A stretch of 39,875 nucleotides of DNA from the UHGV virus genome UHGV-0200725, one strand, 5' to 3'. Numbering within the stretch: the stretch's first letter is position 1; each line of letters starts with the position of its first letter. The notes below the pieces were generated by a model. The model searched no databases. It was not told the DNA's origin and saw only the letters and a list, made by a program, of their open reading frames with translations. Below, piece by piece: positions 29,557 through 39,854 of this stretch. This stretch comes from a virus. Both the position numbers and the translations under genes were made by a program.

Positions 29557-30509
29557 TGGCTGATTCGAATCTCAATGAGCCAGTAATCATCCAGGCTACG
29601 CGGCTCGATACATCAGTCCTTCCACGCAATATCTTCTCTCAGTCGTATCTGCTTTACGTTATTGCACAGGGTACTGATGTTGGTAATGTGGCTAACAAGG
29701 CCAACGAAGCAGGGAAGGGGGCTTATGATGCACAGGTGAAGAATGATGAGCAGGATGTCACCCTTGCAGACCATGAATCCAGAATTGAAACTGCTGAAGC
29801 AACTCTCATCAATCATGAACATAGAATCTCAGCAGCGGAAAGCACTCTTGCAGATCATGAAACAAGGATTACGGCTGCCGAAACAGAGCTGGCTGATCAC
29901 GAGACGCGAATTGCTGCCAATGAATCTGAGTTAGCAAACCATGATGCGCGAATAACTCAGAATACAACCGATATCAACGCACTTGATACCAGGCTCACAG
30001 CGGCAGAGGGAAGTATTTCGACGCTACAAAGCACAGTTGGTGATCACTCAACAAGAATATCTGCGCTTGAGTATGCCACCACGCGCAAGAAATCAGAGGT
30101 TGTTTACTCAGGAGTATCGGTAACCATTCCAACAGCGCCTACCAACCTTGTTAGCCTGCTGAAAACGCTCACGCCGTCATCAGGCACGTTGGCACCATTC
30201 TTCGACACCGTTAACAACAAGATGGTTGTGTTCAACGAGAACAAAACCCTGTTCTTCAAGCTGTCGATTGTCGGGACGTGGCCCAGCGGAACCTCCAACA
30301 GGTCAATGCAGCTAACATTTTCCGGTTCTGTACCTGACACACTGGTAAGCAGTCGTAACTCGGCGACAACAACCGATAACATCCTGTTAGCTACGTTCTT
30401 CAGCGTGGATAAAGACGGCTTTCTTGCCACAAATGGCAGCACGTTAACCATTCAGTCAAATGGGGCGGCGTTTACTGCCACAACCATCAAGATAATCGCG
30501 GAGCAGTGA
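29556..30509 (+). CDS. 26: Tail needle (P22 gp26-type) with extended coiled coil and C-terminal knob
   Basis: 317-aa ORF; N-terminus matches gp26; five tandem 14-residue heptad-pair repeats ([14 protein letters not shown] / [13 protein letters not shown] / [14 protein letters not shown] / [14 protein letters not shown] / [14 protein letters not shown]); about 150-residue beta-rich C-terminal domain. Confidence 0.8.
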   Translation: MADSNLNEPVIIQATRLDTSVLPRNIFSQSYLLYVIAQGTDVGNVANKANEAGKGAYDAQVKNDEQDVTLADHESRIETAEATLINHEHRISAAESTLADHETRITAAETELADHETRIAANESELANHDARITQNTTDINALDTRLTAAEGSISTLQSTVGDHSTRISALEYATTRKKSEVVYSGVSVTIPTAPTNLVSLLKTLTPSSGTLAPFFDTVNNKMVVFNENKTLFFKLSIVGTWPSGTSNRSMQLTFSGSVPDTLVSSRNSATTTDNILLATFFSVDKDGFLATNGSTLTIQSNGAAFTATTIKIIAEQ

Positions 30510-30964
30510 TGATTCAGTTCAAACCAACGCGAAACATCGACCTGATCGAAGCAGTCGGAAATCACCCTGACATTATTGCCGGGAGCAACAACGGTGATGG
30601 ATACGACTACAAGCCTGAATGCCGTTACTTTGAGGTTAACGTGCACGGTCAGTTTGGCGGCATTGTTTACTATCAGGAGATTCAGCCGCTGACATTCGAT
30701 TGCCACGCCATGTACCTGCCAGAGGTTCGTGGCTTCAGCAAGGAAATCGGGCTGGCGTTCTGGCGATACATTCTGACTAACACCACTGTTCAGTGCGTCA
30801 CATCGTTCGCTGCACGCAAATTCCGCCACGGTCAGATGTACTGCGCAATGATTGGCCTTAAGCGTGTAGGAACCATCAAGAAATACTTCAAAGGCGTTGA
30901 TGACGTGACGTTTTACAGCGCCACACGCGAAGAACTAATCGACTTCCTGAATCACGGGAGATAG
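30506..30964 (+). CDS. 14: Tail accessory protein (P22 gp14-type)
   Basis: 152-aa ORF in conserved position after the needle gene. Confidence 0.75.
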   Translation: MMIQFKPTRNIDLIEAVGNHPDIIAGSNNGDGYDYKPECRYFEVNVHGQFGGIVYYQEIQPLTFDCHAMYLPEVRGFSKEIGLAFWRYILTNTTVQCVTSFAARKFRHGQMYCAMIGLKRVGTIKKYFKGVDDVTFYSATREELIDFLNHGR

Positions 30965-30966
30965 CC

Positions 30967-31659
30967 ATGTTATATGCATTTAAGCTGGGCAGAAAACTGC
31001 GCGGCGAGGAACCTTATTGCCCTGAAAAAGGCGGGAAAGGTGGCAGCTCTGATAAAAGCGCAAAGTATGCAGCAGAAGCTCAGAAGTATGCCGCAGACCT
31101 GCAAAATCAGCAGTTCAACACCATCATGAACAACCTGAAGCCGTTTACTCCTCTGGCTGATAAGTATGTCGGCAGCCTCGAGAACTTATCGTCTCTGGAA
31201 GGGCAAGGTCAGGCACTTAACCAGTATTACAACTCTCAGCAGTACAAAGATCTTGCTGGTCAGGCTCGTTATCAGAGTCTGGCGGCAGCGGAAGCAACAG
31301 GTGGATTAGGTTCCACCGCAACCAGTAATCAGTTAGCAACAATCGCACCAACGCTAGGTCAGCAATGGCTATCTGGACAAATGAACAATTACAACAACCT
31401 GGCAAATATCGGTCTTGGCGCTCTTCAGGGGCAGGCAAACGCCGGGCAAACATATGCCAACAACATGAGTCAGATTTCTCAGCAAAGTGCGGCTCTTGCA
31501 GCGGCAAATGCCAACAGACCATCAGCAATGCAATCTGCTATTGGCGGAGGTGCGTCTGGTGCTATTGCTGGGGCCGGACTTGCGAAATTAATTGGTTCAT
31601 CAACTCCGTGGGGGGCTGCGATCGGCGGCGGTCTTGGTCTGCTTGGCTCGTTGTTTTAA
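30967..31659 (+). CDS. 7: Ejection protein (P22 gp7-type)
   Basis: 230-aa Gln/Ala/Gly-rich ORF with Gly-rich hydrophobic C-terminus. Confidence 0.8.
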   Translation: MLYAFKLGRKLRGEEPYCPEKGGKGGSSDKSAKYAAEAQKYAADLQNQQFNTIMNNLKPFTPLADKYVGSLENLSSLEGQGQALNQYYNSQQYKDLAGQARYQSLAAAEATGGLGSTATSNQLATIAPTLGQQWLSGQMNNYNNLANIGLGALQGQANAGQTYANNMSQISQQSAALAAANANRPSAMQSAIGGGASGAIAGAGLAKLIGSSTPWGAAIGGGLGLLGSLF

Positions 31660-31669
31660 GGGGTAATCA

Positions 31670-33085
31670 ATGGCTACGTGGCAACAGGGTATTAATTCTG
31701 GTGGTTTTCTGGCTGGCATCGGTACGCAAAATGAGAATGCGCCAAAGGCAAGCGACATTAACGCAACGCTTGGTCTGATCCGCGAAAACAATGAACTGGC
31801 TCGCTCAGGTGCAAATAACATTGGTCTGACCGCGTTACGTGGTCTGGCTGGAGTTGCTGATATTTACAATCAGGAACAGCAACAGAAAGCTATTAGTGCG
31901 TTCAATAAGGTTCACGCTGATGCATGGGCTTCTGGTGATCCATCTGGACTATTTAAGTTTGCCCAGGAAAATCCAGCGTTTGTTGCACAGGCACAACAGG
32001 CGTTTTCCGGTCTTAATGAGCAGCAACGCAACGATATGGGCGATTTAGCCATGAGGGCTAACGTCGCTCTTTCTCAGGGACCGGAAGCCTACAGTAAATT
32101 CATTACTGACAACAAGGACAGGTTAAATCGCGTTGGTGCTAATGCTGACTGGATGATTCAGACAGGTATCCAGAATCCAGAGCAGCTATCACACATGCTG
32201 ACTACTATGTCTCTCGGTGCGCTTGGACCAGAAAAGGCGTTTGCTGTTCAGGACAAGATGGCTGGTCGTGAGATTGACCGAGGCAGGCTGGCAGAGACAA
32301 TCCGCAGCAATCAGGCTGGTGAAGCACTTCAGGCGAGAGGGCAAAACCTTTCCTATCAGTCAGCAATGACTGGGCACAATATCGCAGCACAACGCTTGGC
32401 TCTGGATCAGCAAGAGTTCGGGTTTAAGATGCAGCAAGCGCAGGAAAAGGCTCAGCAGTTGATTAGCGAAGCACCTAAGCTGTCAGTAAACATGGAAAAA
32501 GGCATCGAGACGGCTGTAAACAATGCTACAGCATCATCAAACTCAGCCAATTCTATGAGTGCGCTTGCTCAACAGTTCAGAGCAGAAAAACCAACGACAG
32601 GTTTGTTCGGTAACGCACAGAACATGTTCGCAAAACTTACCGGAAGCGATACAACATTGCGTGATTTGCGCATTCGCCAAAATGCCCTTGTTAACAGTCA
32701 GGTTCTTAAATTCCTACCTCCCGGCCCAGCAACGGATAAAGACGTTGAGATCGTTCGACAGGGTGCGCCAACTGACATGGATAACCCTGAGACGGTCGCA
32801 AGATGGCTTGATGCAATGGCAAACCTTGAGCGACGAAACGCGCAGTTTAATGAGTTTAAAGCCGAGTGGATGAGCGCGAATGGCAACCCTGGACAATCGC
32901 GTAATGGCGGTCAGATATTGGGGTTGGATGTTAAAAAAGGTGAATCATTGGGGAGTGCCGTTAAGCGGTATATGTCAATGAATACTGACGCAGCGCCAGC
33001 ACAAGATTCGACACCTTCAGGAGAACCACGGAATCAGGTTGGATCATATACCTCAAAATCAGGCATTCAATTTACGGTGGAATGA
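31670..33085 (+). CDS. 20: Ejection protein (P22 gp20-type)
   Basis: 471-aa ORF in conserved order. Confidence 0.8.
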   Translation: MATWQQGINSGGFLAGIGTQNENAPKASDINATLGLIRENNELARSGANNIGLTALRGLAGVADIYNQEQQQKAISAFNKVHADAWASGDPSGLFKFAQENPAFVAQAQQAFSGLNEQQRNDMGDLAMRANVALSQGPEAYSKFITDNKDRLNRVGANADWMIQTGIQNPEQLSHMLTTMSLGALGPEKAFAVQDKMAGREIDRGRLAETIRSNQAGEALQARGQNLSYQSAMTGHNIAAQRLALDQQEFGFKMQQAQEKAQQLISEAPKLSVNMEKGIETAVNNATASSNSANSMSALAQQFRAEKPTTGLFGNAQNMFAKLTGSDTTLRDLRIRQNALVNSQVLKFLPPGPATDKDVEIVRQGAPTDMDNPETVARWLDAMANLERRNAQFNEFKAEWMSANGNPGQSRNGGQILGLDVKKGESLGSAVKRYMSMNTDAAPAQDSTPSGEPRNQVGSYTSKSGIQFTVE

Positions 33086-34923
33086 TGAAAGTAACTGCAA
33101 ACGGTAAGACATTTACCTTTCCTGATGGTACGAGCACCGAAGATATTGGCACCGCCATTGATGAGTATTTTGCTGGTCAGGCTGTTCAGCAACAAATAGT
33201 TAATCAGGCCAATAATGCACCAACACGGGAAGAACCATCATTGATGCAACAAGCTGGCGATTGGCTCACTGGTGGTCAAAGTGCAGGGCAAATTGCAGAA
33301 CAGGCTGGTCGTGGTCTGGTAAACATACCATTTGACGTATTGCAGGGCGGCGCAAGTCTGATTAATGCAATCAGTCAGGGGCTTGGTGGACCCAAGGTTT
33401 TGGATGATGTTTATCGTCCAGTAGACAGACCGACAGACCCCTACGCGCAAGCCGGTGAAACAATTGGTGGGTATTTAGTTCCAGGAGTTGGAACGGCAGG
33501 AAGCATGGCTATTGGATCACTGGCAGAGGCCGCAAATCAGAAAGGCGATTTCGCACAAAATGCAGCTAAAAATGCCGGAGTTAACCTTGCCACTCAGGGT
33601 GTTCTTTCCGCAGCAGCAAAGGGAATAGGGCGTGGAATAACGGCTATAAAAGGTGATATTGCGCCAGAAGTGGCGAAGAAAATTGCCACATCAGAATCGA
33701 TGGGCGTGACACCAATGACATCTGATGTTATCCCGCCGAAAAATGCTTTCACTCGCGGCCTAACTCAGGATGCCGAGGGGGCTTTGCTCGGGACAGGCTC
33801 AAAGCGAGCGGAGCAATATGCAACGCGTAGTAAGCTGGTAAGTAATTATTTTGACCGTTTTGGTGAGTACAACCCTGATGATGTGGTGAAATCTCTTACC
33901 ACCACGTTAAGGGGGCGGAAGGATGCCGCTGGCGCTGTTATCAATGACGTCACCAATAAAATGGGTAATGCCGCAGTTGATACCACAAATACCATGAATG
34001 CTCTGAATACAGCGATCGCAAGACAGGAACGGCTTGGGACGTCTGCCAATCAAAGCCTGCTTACATCCTTGCGTAACCTACGTGAAGAATTAGCAAACCC
34101 TGCAACTGATTTGGATGTTACGTTTGATCTCTTGCGTCAGCACAGAACAGCATTTAGATCTAATGTTCAGGGAGATGCTATGGTCTTCCCCAACCAGGCA
34201 AAAGCAGCTACCAATATGGTAGAGAATGCAATGTCAAAAGACCTTCGTAACGCAGTTGCTAAAAACCTCGGTGCATCAGACGCAGCAAAATACCTTAAAG
34301 CAAATTCCGATTATGCAAACGTTTATAATAAGGTGCTTAATAAAAACATTGCTAACAAGCTCAACAAGGCAAGCAGTGAAGCCAGTCCTGAACTTATAAA
34401 TACCGTTGTATTAAGCAGAAAACCATCTGACGTGAAACGAATATGGAGCGCCCTGGATGATAAAGGGAAAGATGCTATGCGTGCAGCTTACGTCAGCAAA
34501 ATAGCGGAAAAGGCCGGTGACTCTCCAGCCAAGTTCATCACTGAAGTTAATAAGCTGAAATCTCAGTCAGGCGGTGAAATTTACAACACTATTTTTTCTG
34601 GAAAGCACATGAAAGAGCTTGATGCTCTTCATGAAGTTCTACAGCAAACAGCAAGGTCAGACACCGCAAATGTAGTAACTCAGACGGGGCAATCACAAGC
34701 CAACAGGATAAGGACGATTGGCGCAACTGCGACTCTTGGTGTATCAATGGGGCTTGAGGCTGGCTTTGGTGCAATGATGCGTTTGTATGAGTCCAAAGCA
34801 GCAAGGAATGCTCTCTTACGTCTGGCAAACACTAAAGCTGGAACGCCAGCCTATGAAAGAGCGTTGAGTAACGCTGCAAATGCCATCAGGCCGCTGCTTG
34901 CTACTGAGGCAACACAGCAGTAA
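33082..34923 (+). CDS. 16: Ejection protein (P22 gp16-type)
   Basis: 613-aa ORF, last of the ejection-protein trio. Confidence 0.8.
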   Translation: MMKVTANGKTFTFPDGTSTEDIGTAIDEYFAGQAVQQQIVNQANNAPTREEPSLMQQAGDWLTGGQSAGQIAEQAGRGLVNIPFDVLQGGASLINAISQGLGGPKVLDDVYRPVDRPTDPYAQAGETIGGYLVPGVGTAGSMAIGSLAEAANQKGDFAQNAAKNAGVNLATQGVLSAAAKGIGRGITAIKGDIAPEVAKKIATSESMGVTPMTSDVIPPKNAFTRGLTQDAEGALLGTGSKRAEQYATRSKLVSNYFDRFGEYNPDDVVKSLTTTLRGRKDAAGAVINDVTNKMGNAAVDTTNTMNALNTAIARQERLGTSANQSLLTSLRNLREELANPATDLDVTFDLLRQHRTAFRSNVQGDAMVFPNQAKAATNMVENAMSKDLRNAVAKNLGASDAAKYLKANSDYANVYNKVLNKNIANKLNKASSEASPELINTVVLSRKPSDVKRIWSALDDKGKDAMRAAYVSKIAEKAGDSPAKFITEVNKLKSQSGGEIYNTIFSGKHMKELDALHEVLQQTARSDTANVVTQTGQSQANRIRTIGATATLGVSMGLEAGFGAMMRLYESKAARNALLRLANTKAGTPAYERALSNAANAIRPLLATEATQQ

Positions 34924-34947
34924 CGTATGGGGAATTGGATTCAATCG

Positions 34948-35337
34948 TTAACATTTTCTTTTTACTTTTCCAACAAAAGCTTTGGTTGAATCCATATTCC
35001 CATAACCAGAAATGGTTTTCGACATTAAAACTGTTCCATTAGGATGTATTACCCATGAGTCGATAACTCGTTGAGTTTCGCCATTCGCGCCGATTCCAAT
35101 GATGGAGTTTTTAGACAATGCTTTGTAAGCCATGCCGCCCGCATCCGTCCCAGAATATGTGATACTGGCATCTTCACCGTTTGTCTTAATGATGAATGTT
35201 CCACTAAAACCATCTTCTTCCGGTTGAAAATTATTTCGTTCTGAATAGCTTATTCCGTGCATATCTCCAACGACCCAGCACTCTGCTGAGACAGAAAACG
35301 AGAAGACAAGGAAAGCCATTGCTATAATCAATTTCAT
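34948..35337 (-). CDS. Secreted hypothetical protein (129 aa) with signal peptide, distal gene of the mnt operon
   Basis: N-terminal MKLIIAMAFLVFSFSVSA then ECWVV; Cys near both ends of the mature protein; beta-rich; convergent with gene 16 (24-nt gap). Confidence 0.65.
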   Translation of the reverse strand: MKLIIAMAFLVFSFSVSAECWVVGDMHGISYSERNNFQPEEDGFSGTFIIKTNGEDASITYSGTDAGGMAYKALSKNSIIGIGANGETQRVIDSWVIHPNGTVLMSKTISGYGNMDSTKAFVGKVKRKC

Positions 35338-35352
35338 TTTAAGCCCTTATTG

Positions 35353-35688
35353 TTATTGATTCTTTTTGCACGGAAATGTTTTTCCTACTGCTAGGGCGGT
35401 TAGTATAACTGCACTCTCATTTCTTGATTCTGGGTTTTTGTTTAGATATTTCTCAACGATATCGGTGTATTGATACATGTCAACGCCATCAGGAGGACAT
35501 AGAGAACCAATTAGTATCAATGAGTCAGTTACTCCGCGCAAATATCCAGTAATGTAAAGCGATGAAAAATCATCACCCTTTTTACCTTGTTGAATGTTGT
35601 AAAGAAGGTCATTACCCGTTTGAAGCTCGCGCAGCTCAGCACTGGAAGAAGAGACAACTGCTAACAAGAACAGTGATAGAAATCTCAT
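35353..35688 (-). CDS. Secreted hypothetical protein (111 aa) with signal peptide, translationally coupled to mnt
   Basis: ATG 35688-35686 overlaps the mnt TGA; N-terminal MRFLSLFLLAVVSSSSA; two Cys in mature protein; helical character. Confidence 0.65.
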   Translation of the reverse strand: MRFLSLFLLAVVSSSSAELRELQTGNDLLYNIQQGKKGDDFSSLYITGYLRGVTDSLILIGSLCPPDGVDMYQYTDIVEKYLNKNPESRNESAVILTALAVGKTFPCKKNQ

Positions 35689-35939
35689 TTCAAATCCTTT
35701 TCATAAATCTTTTTAAGTGTCTCAAACACTATAGCCTTGAACTGCTCAGCCTGCTGATCAGCCAAGCGTTCAGCTTCGTCGCGATATCCTGTAATCGGTG
35801 ATGGTTTTGATAGTGCATCCTGAACGATTTGTAATAACTCAGAGTTCATTGACCTTCCGTTAGCCTCGGCTCTTAATTTCAATTTTTCTCTTACTTCCAA
35901 AGGCATACGGAAGTTAAAGTGCGGATCATCTCTAGCCAT
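35685..35939 (-). CDS. mnt: Mnt repressor (ribbon-helix-helix)
   Basis: 84-aa ORF MARDDPHFNFRMPLEVREKLKLRAEANGRSMNSELLQIVQDAL... matching P22 Mnt as recalled; divergent from arc across an operator region. Confidence 0.85.
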   Translation of the reverse strand: MARDDPHFNFRMPLEVREKLKLRAEANGRSMNSELLQIVQDALSKPSPITGYRDEAERLADQQAEQFKAIVFETLKKIYEKDLK

Positions 35940-35961
35940 GCCATCACTCCAAGTTAGTGTA

Positions 35962-36013
35962 TTGACATGATAGAAGCACTCTACTATATTCTCAATAGGT
36001 CCACTGTGGACCT
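35962..36013. promoter_or_regulatory. Pant promoter with Arc operator and Mnt operator
   Basis: -35 TTGACA (35962-35967), -10 TATATT (35985-35990); Arc operator ATGATAGAAGCACTCTACTAT (35967-35987); palindrome AGGTCCACTGTGGACCT (35997-36013). Confidence 0.75.
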
Positions 36014-36029
36014 ATATTGTGAGGTGAAC

Positions 36030-36191
36030 ATGAAAGGAATGAGCAAAATGCCACAGTTCAATTTGCGGTGGCCTAAAGAAGTATTGGATTTGGTACGCAA
36101 GGTGGCGGAAGAAAATGGTCGGTCTGTTAATTCTGAGATTTATCAGCGAGTAATGGAAAGCTTTAAGAAGGAAGGGCGCATTGGTGCGTAA
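36030..36191 (+). CDS. arc: Arc repressor (ribbon-helix-helix)
   Basis: 53 aa from ATG 36030: MKGMSKMPQFNLRWPKEVLDLVRKVAEENGRSVNSEIYQRVMESFKKEGRIGA, matching P22 Arc as recalled. Confidence 0.85.
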   Translation: MKGMSKMPQFNLRWPKEVLDLVRKVAEENGRSVNSEIYQRVMESFKKEGRIGA

Positions 36192-36259
36192 AGTTGAAGC
36201 CCCAACTGCTGTAACAGTCAGGGCTTCGGCATCAACAAATCGGATTAGGAAATATTGAC

Positions 36260-37138
36260 ATGAAAAGTATAGCAAAGGCACAAAACGATTTCACCATCTT
36301 CAAATTCGGCGACAGTGAAATCCGCGTCATCAACAAGTGCGGTGAGCTGTGGTTTGTAGCTAAAGATGTTTGTGATGCTTTAGATTTGACTAACTCACGC
36401 AAGGCGCTTACTGCACTTGATGACGATGAAAAGGGAGTAACTTTAAGTTACACCCTTGGTGGTGAGCAGAATCTAAGCATTGTGAGCGAATCAGGTATGT
36501 ATACATTGGTTCTGCGCTGCCGCGATGCAGTCAATAAAGGTTCAGTCCCGCACAAATTCCGCAAGTGGGTAACAGCAGAAGTTCTGCCTTCAATTCGCAA
36601 ACATGGCGAGTATGTAAAAGGAAAGAAAACCACTGTTGAGGAAAGAACACCGCTACGCGATGCAGTAAACATGCTGGTAGGAAAGAAAGGACTTCGCTAT
36701 GACGATGCATACAATATGGTTCATCAGCGTTTTGGTATTGACAACATTGATGAACTTTCAATTGAACAAATCCCGCTGGCCGTAGAGTACATCCACAGGG
36801 TAGTGCTTGAAGGCGAGTTTATCGGCAAACAAGAGAAGAAAACCAACGAGCTTTCTGAAAAAGAAGCAAACAGCCTTGTATGGCTATGGGATTATGCCAA
36901 CCGCTCACAAGCATTATTCCGCGAACTGTATCCGGCGCTGAAACAAATTCAATCGAACTATTCCGGCAGATGTCATGACTGCGGTTATGAGTTCTCCCGT
37001 ATTATCGATATAGCGAGAGACGTTTTAATCAATCACTCACGAGATGTTGATATCAATGAGCCAGACGGACCAACGAATCTTTCCGCATGGATGAGACTTA
37101 AGAATAAAGAATTACCTCCTTCAGTACATAACTACTGA
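36260..37138 (+). CDS. ant: Antirepressor (Ant-like, Bro-N/KilA-N type N-terminal domain)
   Basis: 292-aa ORF downstream of arc; N-terminal region typical of phage antirepressor domains. Confidence 0.7.
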   Translation: MKSIAKAQNDFTIFKFGDSEIRVINKCGELWFVAKDVCDALDLTNSRKALTALDDDEKGVTLSYTLGGEQNLSIVSESGMYTLVLRCRDAVNKGSVPHKFRKWVTAEVLPSIRKHGEYVKGKKTTVEERTPLRDAVNMLVGKKGLRYDDAYNMVHQRFGIDNIDELSIEQIPLAVEYIHRVVLEGEFIGKQEKKTNELSEKEANSLVWLWDYANRSQALFRELYPALKQIQSNYSGRCHDCGYEFSRIIDIARDVLINHSRDVDINEPDGPTNLSAWMRLKNKELPPSVHNY

Positions 37139-37157
37139 CAGATAACCAACGCAACGA

Positions 37158-37180
37158 CCCAGCTTCGGCTGGGTTTTTTT
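37158..37180 (+). terminator. Rho-independent terminator after ant
   Basis: CCCAGC-TTCG-GCTGGG followed by TTTTTTT. Confidence 0.8.
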
Positions 37181-37238
37181 ATGCCCAAAATTCACCGTAG
37201 CCACGCTGCGGCGATTCCTTGTATCTGGAGCAAATTAA

Positions 37239-39311
37239 ATGACAGACATTACAGCCAATGTTGTAGTGAGCATGCCTTCGCAACTCTTCACTATGGCTCG
37301 TTCTTTTAAAGCCGTAGCCAATGGCAAAATCTATATCGGTAAAATTGACACTGACCCGGTAAATCCTGAAAACCAGATTCAGGTTTATATAGAGAACGAA
37401 GACGGTTCTCACGTTCCTGTTTCGCAACCAATCATCATTAATGCGGCTGGTTACCCGGTATATAACGGACAGATTGCCAAGTTCGTAACTGTGCAAGGCC
37501 ATTCGATGGCTGTTTATGATGCATACGGTGTGCAGCAGTTCTATTTTCCTAATGTGCTGAAGTATGACCCGGATCAGTTGCGACAGCAATTATTAAACCC
37601 TGACACTGGCCTAGGAGATGCGCTTGTTATTGTTAAACAGCCATATGCTGATTCTGTACCTATTACTCAACATCAGCACAACACCTATCTCCTTACCCCT
37701 TACCACTTCGGAGCAAAGGGAGATGGTATTGCAGATGACACTCTTGCCCTAAACCGCTGGTCCAATTGCGGAGCTAAGGTACTCTATTGGCCAGCAGGAA
37801 AATATCTGGTGAGCCCTACAAATGGTGTTTCTCTGGATATGGATAACTACCATACAGGGGATTCCGCACTAACGGCGTGCGTAACCGTTCCCTATGGCGT
37901 GAAAATTTATACGGCTGGGACAGAAACCCAGTTATGCGTGAAGGATGCTGACTCAGCATCGACCGTAGGTCTGGCCGTTAGCTACCCGGAGTCAAGTTAT
38001 TCCCAGGGAGAAACCGACATCGGAAAATTCATGATTCGCCTGGAAAACGGAAATGGTCGGTACGGTATTCTTACTCCACTCAGGGAGGAAATGTTCACTG
38101 CGCACCGGGCGAAGTTCAAATTAGGAGCGCATTTCGGTCCTCAACAGGGGCGTGATGACCTGACGGTGCTACAGTATTCGTGGGTAAATGGCATGCTGAT
38201 TGGCGACGCTTTTAGCGGCTCAGTGCATGTCACTGGATACGGCAGCTATAACGTGCAGCAGGTTGAAGGTACGCAATTCCAGTGCGTGGCCGTTAAGATG
38301 AAGTCCGTTCGAGGTAACGTAGGTGTAGACATCAGATTCAACACAAACAACTGGTGGAAGTTTGTCGAACTGAGTGACGGCGTTGAAGGGTTTGTTGTCA
38401 AGGACAGCGAAGGGCTTGGGGCATTTGTTGGAATCGACCTAACCAACCCAGCCAGCGAGCCAGGTGGATTTATCGATAACGTACACGTCAACGTTAAGCA
38501 AAACGGAGTACGAGCCAGAAACAGGCCATCCCTGCAAATCGGAAACATTGAAGTCTATAAAAGTGATGGATTTGCCACTGACCTTGTTTACGATGCGGTG
38601 CTTCTGGTTGACTGCCAGGAAGTGACTATCAACTCTATTCACGCAATCGTCGGCAACTCAATCACAAATGCTCAGTCAGTAGTTAACTCGACAAACAGCA
38701 CATTCCGCCTGAACTCATACTTTGCGCAAAACATCAGGTTCGTCGATTTTGTGGTTAATAGCCCTGACTGCTATGTCGGAGAGGGGACAATTAACCAGGT
38801 CGAGGCAGTTCACTCACTTTCTGGATCACAAAGCAACGACTTCCACGGTAGTGATGTTCTGGTTAGATCCTACAGAAACAACGTTCGCCCACTTTACGCA
38901 GTGATGGATTCCGCTTTCAACAGGGCAAGGGCGAGGTTTCCACAAAATACAAGCCTCCAGGTGAGAACCTTTCTCGACTACACTGTGGCAGCAGCTGGGA
39001 CTTTAACAATAGAACCAAGGCTTGACCCCTCCAGGTACTACATCATCATGAGTGCTGGTACAGGTGCCTTCACCTATTCAATTGAGCTGGATAAAGTGTC
39101 TGCCGTAGTTGGTGATATTGTTTACATAAAGATAGCCGGGTCATCATCTGCTAACCCAACAGTTTTGGTTAAAAATGGTATTGGTGGGACAACGCTCAGC
39201 ACATTCAATAATATCGGTCCGATTCGTTTGAATTGTGCTTACAGATTTAATGAGTCAGGTAACTGGGTGGCCTACTACATTACCCAAAGCGTTGAAACCA
39301 CTTATGGCTAA
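37239..39311 (+). CDS. 9: Tailspike: P22 gp9-type head-binding N-terminal domain with a divergent receptor-binding body
   Basis: 690-aa ORF; first roughly 115 residues ([11 protein letters not shown]...VLKYDPDQ) match the P22 tailspike head-binding domain; remainder is Gly/Asn/Val-rich beta-helix-like sequence unlike P22. Confidence 0.85.
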   Translation: MTDITANVVVSMPSQLFTMARSFKAVANGKIYIGKIDTDPVNPENQIQVYIENEDGSHVPVSQPIIINAAGYPVYNGQIAKFVTVQGHSMAVYDAYGVQQFYFPNVLKYDPDQLRQQLLNPDTGLGDALVIVKQPYADSVPITQHQHNTYLLTPYHFGAKGDGIADDTLALNRWSNCGAKVLYWPAGKYLVSPTNGVSLDMDNYHTGDSALTACVTVPYGVKIYTAGTETQLCVKDADSASTVGLAVSYPESSYSQGETDIGKFMIRLENGNGRYGILTPLREEMFTAHRAKFKLGAHFGPQQGRDDLTVLQYSWVNGMLIGDAFSGSVHVTGYGSYNVQQVEGTQFQCVAVKMKSVRGNVGVDIRFNTNNWWKFVELSDGVEGFVVKDSEGLGAFVGIDLTNPASEPGGFIDNVHVNVKQNGVRARNRPSLQIGNIEVYKSDGFATDLVYDAVLLVDCQEVTINSIHAIVGNSITNAQSVVNSTNSTFRLNSYFAQNIRFVDFVVNSPDCYVGEGTINQVEAVHSLSGSQSNDFHGSDVLVRSYRNNVRPLYAVMDSAFNRARARFPQNTSLQVRTFLDYTVAAAGTLTIEPRLDPSRYYIIMSAGTGAFTYSIELDKVSAVVGDIVYIKIAGSSSANPTVLVKNGIGGTTLSTFNNIGPIRLNCAYRFNESGNWVAYYITQSVETTYG

Positions 39312-39490
39312 TAGTCATTATCAATATCCTGCAGAAGTGACCTAACGACAAGCGTCGCCACGATGACAACCACGGAAAGGATGCCGATAACCCACCACAT
39401 AACTTACCCGCGCAAAATGAATGGACAAAAATCATCCGCCGATTAACCCTAAGCTTTGCATATTTTTTGAAGATGTGACTGTTGTGTGGC

Positions 39491-39531
39491 AAAAAATTAG
39501 CGCAAGAGGACAAAAAATCACCTTGCGCTAA
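39491..39531 (-). terminator. Possible rho-independent terminator on the minus strand
   Basis: 10-bp inverted repeat TTAGCGCAAG / CTTGCGCTAA with 15-nt loop; T-run follows on the minus strand (A-run 39491-39496 on plus). Confidence 0.35.
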
Positions 39532-39668
39532 TGCTCTGTCTCAGGTCACTAATACCATCTAAGTAGTTGATTCATAGTGACTGGATATGTTGTGTTTTGT
39601 CGCGTTTTGCAGTCTATTATTTAATCATTAAGTAATCTAATGCTATGATTTTTAAATTATTTATGTGA

Positions 39669-39848
39669 TTTTGTCATCCTTTAGGTAAAGAAGGTGAACG
39701 GTATTACACTGTAGATTATTCTGGTGTTACTGGCTTGCTTGTTCAGGTAGCCAGAGAGTCAGACGACAGAATAACAGCACTGGAAGAAGAAAACGCAGAA
39801 TTAAGACAAATGTTATCTGCAATTGAGGCGGCGCTTGCGTCTAAATAA
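39669..39848 (+). pseudogene. 3' remnant of a tail-fibre/tailspike gene: C-terminal part of an intramolecular-chaperone (peptidase S74-like) domain, no start codon
   Basis: 59 in-frame codons after a TGA with no initiator; translation ...GERYYTVDYSGVTGLLVQVARESDDRITALEEENAELRQMLSAIEAALASK resembles chaperone-domain C-termini as I recall them. Confidence 0.35.
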
Positions 39849-39854
39849 TATTAA

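Noticed and set aside
39280-39513. Track ORF of 77 aa on minus strand overlapping the tailspike 3' end
   Set aside because: Cys/Trp/Arg/Phe-rich, no RBS, overlaps tailspike coding sequence; the 30-aa frame at 39400-39308 is a more plausible small product if anything is coded here.
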